Positions 48,301-55,917 of a DNA stretch of 64,000 bases are shown one piece after another; position 1 is the first letter of the stretch, and every line of letters starts with the position of its first letter. The position numbers and the translations under genes are program-made. The notes under the pieces were generated by a model that saw only the letters and a program-made list of their open reading frames with translations, was not told the DNA's origin and made no database searches. The stretch comes from a virus: IMG/VR virus record IMGVR_UViG_3300031519_000002; one strand, given 5' to 3'.

Positions 48301-49038
48301 AACCGGATCTTGCGGGTGCGTTCCTGTTCTAGAATCACTACCGTTTGTAGCAACGTATATCAAATTGCCCGGAGTACTAATTAAATCAATAGCACCAAAG
48401 TCTAGGTCATTTGTTGTTAGTGTATTTGTTGTTACGTTAGCAAAGTTACCAGTTGCCCAACGCTTAGATGATGTACCAATATTGTACGTGTTGTCAATGT
48501 CTGGCATAATATCACTAGCAATATCTGCATTAATAAAAATGTTATCAGTGTCATCACTACCAATAGTAATATTGCCGTCTGCACTAATATTTCCAGTAGC
48601 ATGTAGATTACCATTAACAGTAGTGTTACCAATAATGTTAATTTCACCAGTTCCGTTTGCACGAATAAACAAATCACTGTTAGTATTTGTGTTTTCAATA
48701 AAGTTGTTATTAAGTTCTAAGTCGCCTACAATAACTCTGTTACCAACAATAGTATTGTCAGCAGTAGCTATTGAAAATTCTTGTGCAGTAGTTGAAATAG
48801 TGCTAGTAGCACCGTTGATTGTTACATTACCTACTTGGAATGTAGTATTTGTAATTTCTAAGTCGGTAACTCTTGCAGTGCCTGCAATGTCTAATGCGTA
48901 TTGAGGACTAGTGGTTTTTACACCGATTCGACGATTTGTTACATCTAAATATAAAAGGTCTGTCTCAAAGGCCAAATCCGTCCCATTACGTAGGAGGTTT
49001 TCCTTTAAGAGAGGACCCGATATGCGACCAATTGCCAT
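45322..49038 (-). CDS. Tail fibre-like protein with LamG/concanavalin-like insert (1238 aa)
   Basis: GNLHATGNI fibre repeats; LamG-like FDGTGD...FGTGDFSVE...GRIDDFRV (about 46940-47540); two P.G..A.R. modules. Confidence 0.75.
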   Translation of the reverse strand: MAIGRISGPLLKENLLRNGTDLAFETDLLYLDVTNRRIGVKTTSPQYALDIAGTARVTDLEITNTTFQVGNVTINGATSTISTTAQEFSIATADNTIVGNRVIVGDLELNNNFIENTNTNSDLFIRANGTGEINIIGNTTVNGNLHATGNISADGNITIGSDDTDNIFINADIASDIMPDIDNTYNIGTSSKRWATGNFANVTTNTLTTNDLDFGAIDLISTPGNLIYVATNGSDSRTGTHPQDPVATIAKGLELAGLHDTVYIYPGQYQEAFPLTVPQGVTVRGHSLRAVEISPTSGTQSNDAFLMQGDSAVEDVTLKDFYYNSGANTGHGFRFANNVRIYERSPYIRNVSVITKGTTTSTDDPRGFASGDAGKGCFIDGAVAHSDSREAAMLFHSVTFITPGVSGLKVTNGARVEWLNCFTYFADKGIEILEGASGLKGDGKTKIKYSGFAGTAVAAGQNIVLKDAGGATLATAAIESIDTNTVIIDGKATGFIKPLSRAKKTVTAVGNAQVSTGTPIKFGTGIGLFDGTGDRFSLTSASDFGFGTGDFSVEGVIYISDDTGTEMMFDFRAGSATDNALNFYTVDRVPKINIGTTSIMAPAITLINTTFYHIMISRVGTTIKFFVDGVQQATASNNTNLGTTKPLIIGSDYAGVNGFAGRIDDFRVRKGAGQASAFTNPTSASIVDQYTVLKLDFDEDSGSQVLVDNDTFIQDVEFSGGGTATALTFIDHSDFGGEIRSIASASVYGNYGIHGTGSGSIVYAIGMNLAYIGTGKDVTNDVTEVIQANEVVANSDANIYFSTVDHKGDFRVGDLFRVNQETGEVTFTNAEFLFNNNQGITFTDGTNTTIIDGTKVEAGNIRVSGNTISSTSGDININSSTGNINLQDNVNITGNLDVTGNVTVGGNITLGDEDTDTININARIDSDIVPNVDDTYKLGTTLLNWSEINVGKVFVDDIIIDNDTITTNASNGDINVTPNGVGQVIIDQLQLSDNIIANLSGDIILDPSSESVTIDATGALILPKGTTAQRPGSPITGMIRYNTDTSVFEAYDGSWIQLGGVYDVDRDTYITPELTPGANDNTLRFYAGGSLVADVTTERFNVARLEVDDIAIHDNVLETITTNEDLVLRANGSGFVTIENFSFNGNVITNTIDGAVTTLKQAGSGYFKVEGTGGFVIPVGNNANRHPSPELGMMRYNTVEDRVEIYDVGNNWVSVAGATGAVTFNDAEEIAIKLALLL

Positions 49039-49157
49039 CTTCTCTCCTTAATACGGGGATCCTGTCCCTCTAGCCTAAATTTACAGCTTTCACTCTTTGC
49101 TGGCTAACCACAGTTTGTCTCTGCAAAGAGTATAGTTGGTCTTCTTTGCATTACTAT
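49039..49157 (-). promoter_or_regulatory. Structured 5' leader (candidate cis-regulatory RNA)
   Basis: Several inverted repeats between the late promoter and the RBS (see findings). Confidence 0.5.
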
Positions 49158-49165
49158 TATTTATA
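49158..49165 (-). promoter_or_regulatory. T4-type late promoter TATAAATA
   Basis: Exact consensus, intergenic. Confidence 0.75.
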
Positions 49166-49177
49166 CGATTTTGAAAT

Positions 49178-52100
49178 TTAATCTAGTATAAGGTTGAATA
49201 CGTATGCTAAATCTTCAACGTCTGAAGATTCAATACTTTCAACTTCGCCAGCCGCATTAATCCACGCAGTTCCGTTCCATGTTTCAACATACTGTACTTG
49301 TGTATTGTAACGTGTGTGTCCAACTTCGGGCGATCCAGGTCTTGCGGCCGTGTTACCTTGTGGTACAACCATACCGCTCGTATTCTCAATTTTTAAGAAA
49401 GATGTACCGCTAGGATTAGTTAAATTAATTATAAAATTACTACTAGTATTATTAAGTAACTCACCATCTCTAAATTTAAGAGTGTTAATAACAGTATGTC
49501 CTGTGCCATTAGATCGTAATATACTATTACCATTAGCATCATCTGCTGATACAATAGCACCGTCAATACTAAATTTACCCCCACTGCTAAATCCATTTGA
49601 TTCCAGCAATGTTCCGTTTAGTGTATGATTTGTTACGTTATTTGTAGTAAAGTTAAATTGGTTATTTGAAAGATCAAGGTATGTATTACGATCTGTATCG
49701 TATATTCCTGCTAAACTAATTGCGCCGGCAACTTCGAGTCCTTCAAATGTGTCAAAAGTATTATTGTATCTCAGTCCTGCTTGTATTGCCGGACGTTGTG
49801 CTGTAGTACCTTTTGGAATTCTTAAATCTTTATTTGCACTTATACTTAAATTTTCAGTTGGTGCAAAATTAACATCGCGCTTTGTTCCGCCTAGATTATT
49901 TGTTACACTTGTCCAATAATCAATTGAAGGACTGTTTGCAATAGGCAAGTAGTATGATGCAGTGTTTGCTATTGATAATCCTGTTGGGTCAGCGTCATCT
50001 AATAATACACTAGTGTAGGGGTCCCATAAAGATCCAATAGTTGCCGATCTCCAAGTTAAACTTCCTGCCATAGTCGCTGTTAGCAAATACAAATATTCGT
50101 ATACTAAGTCGTTATAACTTAGTCCAGTTGGGTCAGTATACCAAGCAAATGCTGGATAGTTATAACCAGCTTGTCCGCCACCTTGATATCCGCCGCGAGC
50201 CGTGTCTAACGCCGTCGTAAGCGTACTTGATCTAGTTGTGCTTAGTGCTGAGTACAATCCGCTTATTCTTGGAATAAGCATGGTCTTTAATATTTTTTCA
50301 CTAGCTAGGTCTCTATTAGAGCTTGCTCCGTCTCCTAAGAAATTATTCATTTCGCTTTCGTACACAGCAAACGTTCTGTTTATAGCAAACGATCCAAATG
50401 TACTTGCTAATGATGTTTTTTCTGTTGAGTTAGCATACACAACAATACCGTACAATCCATCTGCAAACGTATTAAGTAGTGCTGTGTTTTCGACAACACC
50501 GTCAAAGTTATTATCAAGATAACTTGCTAACATATTTGCGGCATGCTTAATTGCGTTGTCAGATACTGTAGCAGTTCCTAATACCGGAATTCCAAATACT
50601 GTAGTATACCTAGGTAATTGAGTTTTAAAGGATGAATAGCCATTAAAAATTGTAGGTGTTGATAGTTCATAATCGTTAACAACAAACACACCGCTTGGAC
50701 TAAACTTACCAATAATTTTATTATCTTCAAGTTCAATATTACTTACTCTAACTTTACCAGTTCCTAAAGCAGTAATATATAAGTCTGCATTTGATTCGTT
50801 TGTTGAAATTAATTGTGATGATATAGAAATGCTATTAATAACTGCTGTCGTTGCATTAAGTTCTTTCCAGCGATGTGTTGCTGTACCTAATACCAATCCT
50901 TCAGTTGACCCTGGTTCAAAGTTTTGACTAATGTTAGTATTGAAGTCAACAGTATCATTGCTATTATCGCCAATGGCACTAACTGCGCCACTTACACTTA
51001 AATTGCCTGATAATTCTACACTAGGTGCAAATACATTACCTTGGAATACAATGTTTCCTGCGCTGTTAAAGTTTATTTCGGATCTAGTTGTTTGTAAAAT
51101 GTTTCCGTTAATTACAATATTATCTAAGTTTACTGTGCCAGGATTAATTGTAACAACATCATTTCCGTTTCTAATTTGTACTTGTGAGTTATTTGCAAAA
51201 ATACTTTCAATGTCAAAGCTAGTTCTTTCGTTTTCTAAATCAACATGGAAGTTGTCACCGATTCTAAAGTTACCTTTATGATCTTGTCCTGTAAAGTAAA
51301 CCTTTGCACTATTTAATTCTACTACTTCGTTTGCTTGTATTGCCAATGTATTATCATTAGTAACACTTTTCCCTGCACCAATATATGCAAAGTTATGATT
51401 AACCATGTATGCTAAACAACTAGCACCATCTGCTTCAATGCCTTTATTACCGTATACGTTAGCACTTGCAATAGTTCGTAGTTCAGCACCATAGACTGTA
51501 GTTCCGTCTTTTGCTGTTCTACCCGAACCCTGTGATATATAAATGCCCCTGTTAGCAAAGTAAGTAAAACTGTTGAGCCATTCAACTCGTACACCGTTTG
51601 TAATTGTTAATGCATCTACACCAGGAGTAATAAATGTGCAACTATGGAATAACATACTTGCTGATATACTATTTTGATTAACAACTGCTCCGTCAACTAA
51701 TGCTCCTTTACCAGCATCGCCGCTTGCAAATCCTCTTGGGTCGCTTGCACTTGTTGTTGTGCCTTTAGTAAGAACTGTTACGTTTCTAATATAAGGGCTT
51801 CTTCCCGGCTCTTGTTCAAAAATAGTTGTTGTAAAATTAGTAACAAGTCTAAAACCGTAACCTGTATTGGCGCCACTGTTATAATAAAAATCTTTAATTG
51901 TTAAATTTTCAATCGTAACATCACTGTTAACTAAAAATGCATCATTACTTTGCGTTGCAGAAGTTGGAGAAATTTCAACTCCTCTAATGCTGTCACCTTG
52001 TATAGTAACGCCTTTTGCAACTGTTAACGGAAATGCTTCTTGATACTGTCCCGGATAAATGTAAATTAAATCACCATCGCCTGCTAGTGTTAATGCTTTA

Positions 52101-53227
52101 GCAATCGATGCAAATGGTCCACCTGGGTTTGTGCCTGTGTTAGTGTCAGCACCGTTATTACTACTAACATATATAATACCAACGTTTTTTGTTAATTCAA
52201 TACCTTGATAAACTAGCCCATTTGCTTTTATGCTGTCTGCAATTAACTCCGTGACAGCAATTTTAAATCGCTTGTTAGGCCCAGTACTATCATCGTCTTT
52301 ACCAATGTGAAATCTATCACTATCATCTGGTATTAAATCATTTTTAAATTCTGCTAAGAAACTTGCAGTGTCAGTACTATCGTCACCAATAGTAATCGAT
52401 CCGCCGCTGTATGTAATATTTCCAGTAGCATGTACATTACCTGTTACTGTTAGTGTATCGCCAGTTTCTAATTGAAGTCGTCTAGGAGCTGATGTAGGAT
52501 AATATTTTTCGATATATGCTTTAAATGCTGTTGTGTTTGCATGGTCTGCTAATGTTGAAGATGCAGGGTATGCAACTCCACCAACAAATGCTGTATTCAT
52601 TGTTCCTAGTTTAAGAACGTCATCTGCTTGTATATCACCGTCACCGTCAAAGTCTAATGCCGCAAGCTCTTCTGCGTTCCAGTTGCCTGATTGTGATAAT
52701 GATAATGCGTAATCATACAACCTATTCATGTCATTAGGAGTACTACTTGCGCTAGTTATTGGTCCTGGGCTCCAGTAATTACCGTAGTTGCTGTTTAATT
52801 CCCAGGCTACAGTTTGTCCGTCGAGCACTTCTGATCGCAGGCCAATGCCGCCGTTAGTTTGCAATGCTATAATGCCGTCGCCTTTAATTGCAAAATTATT
52901 ACTGCCAATTCCGGTAGTAGTAATATACCCTTCAGCATGTGTAGATTTTATAGTTACATCGCCACTTGCTTGACTTATACCAGTAGTTGCTAGTGTAATA
53001 TCACCAACTTTAAAACTATTGCCAAAGACAATATCAGGATCACTATTACCTGATGCTGTACGTAACGTACCTGCGATTGTTAAATTTCTAGGAGTAGTAG
53101 TTGTGTTAATACCAAGAGTGTTATCTCTTTTTACAACTAAGAGGTCTGTGTCAAACGCAAGGTCTGCAAGTTCTCTTTGTAAATTGTCTTGTAATAACTG
53201 TCCACCAATGCGGGCGACTTGTGCCAT
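49178..53227 (-). CDS. Tail fibre-like protein (1349 aa), paralog of 45322..49038, with inserted domains
   Basis: Shares DLAF.TDLL, IYPGQYQEAFPLTV, DPRGFASGDAGKG and RVEWLN.FTYFA with its paralog. Confidence 0.75.
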   Translation of the reverse strand: MAQVARIGGQLLQDNLQRELADLAFDTDLLVVKRDNTLGINTTTTPRNLTIAGTLRTASGNSDPDIVFGNSFKVGDITLATTGISQASGDVTIKSTHAEGYITTTGIGSNNFAIKGDGIIALQTNGGIGLRSEVLDGQTVAWELNSNYGNYWSPGPITSASSTPNDMNRLYDYALSLSQSGNWNAEELAALDFDGDGDIQADDVLKLGTMNTAFVGGVAYPASSTLADHANTTAFKAYIEKYYPTSAPRRLQLETGDTLTVTGNVHATGNITYSGGSITIGDDSTDTASFLAEFKNDLIPDDSDRFHIGKDDDSTGPNKRFKIAVTELIADSIKANGLVYQGIELTKNVGIIYVSSNNGADTNTGTNPGGPFASIAKALTLAGDGDLIYIYPGQYQEAFPLTVAKGVTIQGDSIRGVEISPTSATQSNDAFLVNSDVTIENLTIKDFYYNSGANTGYGFRLVTNFTTTIFEQEPGRSPYIRNVTVLTKGTTTSASDPRGFASGDAGKGALVDGAVVNQNSISASMLFHSCTFITPGVDALTITNGVRVEWLNSFTYFANRGIYISQGSGRTAKDGTTVYGAELRTIASANVYGNKGIEADGASCLAYMVNHNFAYIGAGKSVTNDNTLAIQANEVVELNSAKVYFTGQDHKGNFRIGDNFHVDLENERTSFDIESIFANNSQVQIRNGNDVVTINPGTVNLDNIVINGNILQTTRSEINFNSAGNIVFQGNVFAPSVELSGNLSVSGAVSAIGDNSNDTVDFNTNISQNFEPGSTEGLVLGTATHRWKELNATTAVINSISISSQLISTNESNADLYITALGTGKVRVSNIELEDNKIIGKFSPSGVFVVNDYELSTPTIFNGYSSFKTQLPRYTTVFGIPVLGTATVSDNAIKHAANMLASYLDNNFDGVVENTALLNTFADGLYGIVVYANSTEKTSLASTFGSFAINRTFAVYESEMNNFLGDGASSNRDLASEKILKTMLIPRISGLYSALSTTRSSTLTTALDTARGGYQGGGQAGYNYPAFAWYTDPTGLSYNDLVYEYLYLLTATMAGSLTWRSATIGSLWDPYTSVLLDDADPTGLSIANTASYYLPIANSPSIDYWTSVTNNLGGTKRDVNFAPTENLSISANKDLRIPKGTTAQRPAIQAGLRYNNTFDTFEGLEVAGAISLAGIYDTDRNTYLDLSNNQFNFTTNNVTNHTLNGTLLESNGFSSGGKFSIDGAIVSADDANGNSILRSNGTGHTVINTLKFRDGELLNNTSSNFIINLTNPSGTSFLKIENTSGMVVPQGNTAARPGSPEVGHTRYNTQVQYVETWNGTAWINAAGEVESIESSDVEDLAYVFNLILD

Positions 53228-53252
53228 GTGAATCCCTCTCTAATATTAATAC

Positions 53253-53260
53253 TATTTATA
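53253..53260 (-). promoter_or_regulatory. T4-type late promoter TATAAATA
   Basis: Exact consensus, intergenic. Confidence 0.75.
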
Positions 53261-53264
53261 GGAA

Positions 53265-53768
53265 TTACTTGTCGAAGTTATGTAGTACTTGTACTGGTTT
53301 TCCTGTAGGAACTGCTGAACCAAACACAATGTACCAACCAGTAGCATAACCTGTAGGATTTTGTTCTAACACATAGTTAGTAGTTGCTAGTTGAAATACG
53401 TTTTCGATTGTAACTAATATATTGTTTTGTGAAACAGGTACAGGATAATACGAATCACCAGAGTTAAGTGGACCAAACTTAGTTTCAGATCCGTCGCCGT
53501 TACCTAAATTCTGTTGTACAATAACAGTTGGTTCTCTAAATCTAATTGGTTTCCATGCACTATTCTGATAAACTTCAAAGTCACTAGTATCGGAATTATA
53601 ACGTAGCATGCCCTCAACACCTGTAGCAGGTCTTTGATTCTGTGTTCCTTTAGGAACAATAACAGCCTTGTTTGTATTAACACTAACTAATCCAAGTGTA
53701 TCAACGTTAATACCCTTAGTGTCGGAGTTAATTCCCCTCGATGTAGTTTGTGCTTTAATAAATCTCAT
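53265..53768 (-). CDS. Virion structural protein
   Basis: PKGTQNQRP...GMLRYN...FEVY...W module plus a GDGSET.F beta domain. Confidence 0.65.
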   Translation of the reverse strand: MRFIKAQTTSRGINSDTKGINVDTLGLVSVNTNKAVIVPKGTQNQRPATGVEGMLRYNSDTSDFEVYQNSAWKPIRFREPTVIVQQNLGNGDGSETKFGPLNSGDSYYPVPVSQNNILVTIENVFQLATTNYVLEQNPTGYATGWYIVFGSAVPTGKPVQVLHNFDK

Positions 53769-54113
53769 TTATACTTCCAAATAACTAATTGTTGCAACTA
53801 AGTTTGCAGGTGATTGGCTTGCTGTTATAATTTTGTCGCCTGCTTCTAGTACAAGTTTTTCTGTGTCAAAGGTAAAAGTGTCACCGCCTGCAATTTTAAG
53901 ATTGTTTAAAATTTGGTTTGCGTTTGGATCTGAATTACCTTTTGTTTGTCCAGATGGTACTACGTGCAAATCTAATTGCGTATCGTTAGTTCCGCCTGTG
54001 TCTTCTGGTTGCGTATTACATACTAAAATAGTTGTAATTGCATATCGCTTGGATGCAGGCACCGTTAGTAGTGTTTTGTCTGCAATCGATATTTGTCCGT
54101 TTATAATAGCCAT
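53769..54113 (-). CDS. Small virion protein (paralog family)
   Basis: LLTVPA....AITTILVCN...EKLVLEAGD. Confidence 0.65.
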   Translation of the reverse strand: MAIINGQISIADKTLLTVPASKRYAITTILVCNTQPEDTGGTNDTQLDLHVVPSGQTKGNSDPNANQILNNLKIAGGDTFTFDTEKLVLEAGDKIITASQSPANLVATISYLEV

Positions 54114-54125
54114 ATTTCTCTTTCC

Positions 54126-55076
54126 TTAAAATAACATACTAAACATTAGTGATCTGTTAGTACTTATTAACTCGTCTTCGTAGTTGTTCTTATTTGTATA
54201 ATATACTCCGGAGTTACCAAAGCCTGGATCTTTTCCGTATACTACTATATTATCTCCTGGAGTAAACGATGTAGCGTCACTCTGGATTGGCATTTTTAAA
54301 ACACCATCGATAACAACAAATGAAGTTCCCGAACTACTCAGTGTTAAGTCTGTTGCACTAGTTACTGTGGATATTGTGTTATTTTCAAATACAATGTCTT
54401 CTATTTCAGTGCTTCCGCGTTTAAATAACGCAACTTCAGTTCCGTCAATTGACACTCTAAACGCACTAACGCCCGCATCTAATCCCGAATCATACAAGTT
54501 AAGTGCAGAATCTCCACGTTGAATACTTTGAATAGTAATTGTTTGAATACCAGTTGTAACTGTGTCGTCTACATACTTTTTATTTGGAATGTCATCGTCG
54601 TCTGTTACTTGATTTTCATAGTCAGCTGTACCACTTACGCTAATTACACCCGTTCCTGAGTTAATTAAAAATAAGTCGCCGCCTGCTGTTGTAATGGCGT
54701 TTGTACGTAATCCAATAATAGCATTGTCTGCTGTTTTTAAAACAAACGTACCTGGTTTAACAGTCTGCGTAATAGGATCGTTAAAAGAAATATCTTCATC
54801 AAATACAAGTAATGCATCTGTAAGACTTCCTCTATCAATTTGAATTCCTGCTTGATTTAAGGTAACGCCTGCGCCGGATTCATTTTTATTTAATGTAATA
54901 ATATTATCAACTAGATCTAACTGTTGGGAGCTAACTGTAGTAGTTTCTCCGTTTATCTGTAGATCGCCGGTTATAACAACCGTGCCAGCTTGTGCTCCAG
55001 TGTCAAGTGTAATTGTATTACCGCTTGCTACTCTAGCTACATAGTTTCCTGTATTAACATTTAAAATCTTTGACAT
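54126..55076 (-). CDS. Fibre-like structural protein
   Basis: GDLQINGETTTV.S.....DNIITLN...AGIQIDRG; PNKKYVD. Confidence 0.65.
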   Translation of the reverse strand: MSKILNVNTGNYVARVASGNTITLDTGAQAGTVVITGDLQINGETTTVSSQQLDLVDNIITLNKNESGAGVTLNQAGIQIDRGSLTDALLVFDEDISFNDPITQTVKPGTFVLKTADNAIIGLRTNAITTAGGDLFLINSGTGVISVSGTADYENQVTDDDDIPNKKYVDDTVTTGIQTITIQSIQRGDSALNLYDSGLDAGVSAFRVSIDGTEVALFKRGSTEIEDIVFENNTISTVTSATDLTLSSSGTSFVVIDGVLKMPIQSDATSFTPGDNIVVYGKDPGFGNSGVYYTNKNNYEDELISTNRSLMFSMLF

Positions 55077-55093
55077 TTATAATTTCCTTAAAC

Positions 55094-55120
55094 TGTTGTG
55101 GGGAACTTGCCCCCACAACA
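55094..55120. other. Strong intergenic stem-loop (10-bp stem) without a clear U-tract
   Basis: TGTTGTGGGG-aacttgc-CCCCACAACA. Confidence 0.6.
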
Positions 55121-55133
55121 TTCTTATCTTAAA

Positions 55134-55751
55134 TTAAGATGCTTGTGCGTCAACTACAACACCACCAGTTTCAGTAGCCGCTTTAGTTGCGACACCAACA
55201 CTACCGTATGTAGTAAATCCACTACCGTCTACGCCTGATAATTCAAATGTGTTAGTTGCTTTGTTTGCTACTGTGTATGCAGTTTCAATGTTAAGCTCTA
55301 CCATTCCAACTACACCGCGGATAGATACTTTATCTCCGTTGCTGAAGCCGTGTCCTGTTGCTGTAATAACAACTGGATCTGCCGCCGTAGCACCTGAAAT
55401 AACTTTTTCAACTGCGGCCGAAGTACCTGTAGCTGTTCTTGCCCACTTGTGATTAGATGCACCTTCAAGTTGCATTTTTCTGTTCATTAGTTTAGTAACT
55501 TGCTTAGTAACACCGTCACTGTCAGTTACGTTAATGCAGAATTCACCAGCGCCTAATCCGCCAATTGATTTGTTAACTAGTGTAACAGTTTCTGTTTTAG
55601 ATCCATCAGTTACAATAAATTTGTTTGTTGATCTTTGTGACACAATATGTGACTCAGTAGTAATTTCCCCGCCAGCCGCAAATTTAACTGCTGTTACTTG
55701 AATTTTACCTGCTCCATCACCGATGTGCTTTTTATTAATTGGTCTTCCCAT
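55134..55751 (-). CDS. Putative head-associated/decoration protein with E1-FCCH-like beta domain
   Basis: The start is MGRPINKK at 55751, after AGGAG. ISGATAADPVVIT..GHGFSNGDKV.I.GV.GM.ELN motif. Confidence 0.6.
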   Translation of the reverse strand: MGRPINKKHIGDGAGKIQVTAVKFAAGGEITTESHIVSQRSTNKFIVTDGSKTETVTLVNKSIGGLGAGEFCINVTDSDGVTKQVTKLMNRKMQLEGASNHKWARTATGTSAAVEKVISGATAADPVVITATGHGFSNGDKVSIRGVVGMVELNIETAYTVANKATNTFELSGVDGSGFTTYGSVGVATKAATETGGVVVDAQAS

Positions 55752-55837
55752 TTGTTTTCTCCTTATGTAAGACGTTCTAGGTCTACGCTGTGGGTACAGC
55801 ATAAGTCCTCATCATTGAGGTTCTCTCTATGACAATG
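55752..55837 (-). promoter_or_regulatory. Structured 5' leader (candidate cis-regulatory RNA)
   Basis: Three hairpins plus an alternative stem touching the SD sequence (see findings). Confidence 0.55.
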
Positions 55838-55845
55838 TATTTATC
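55838..55845 (-). promoter_or_regulatory. Late-promoter-like GATAAATA
   Basis: Immediately downstream of the capsid-gene terminator. Confidence 0.65.
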
Positions 55846-55862
55846 AAAGTGGAACTCAAGTC

Positions 55863-55893
55863 AAAAAAATAGGCCCCCTAAAGGGCCTATTTT
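55863..55893 (-). terminator. Intrinsic terminator after the major capsid gene
   Basis: ATAGGCCC...GGGCCTAT stem with a T7 run on the minus strand. Confidence 0.85.
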
Positions 55894-55917
55894 AATTTCT
55901 ATCTACTAAGAAACAAC

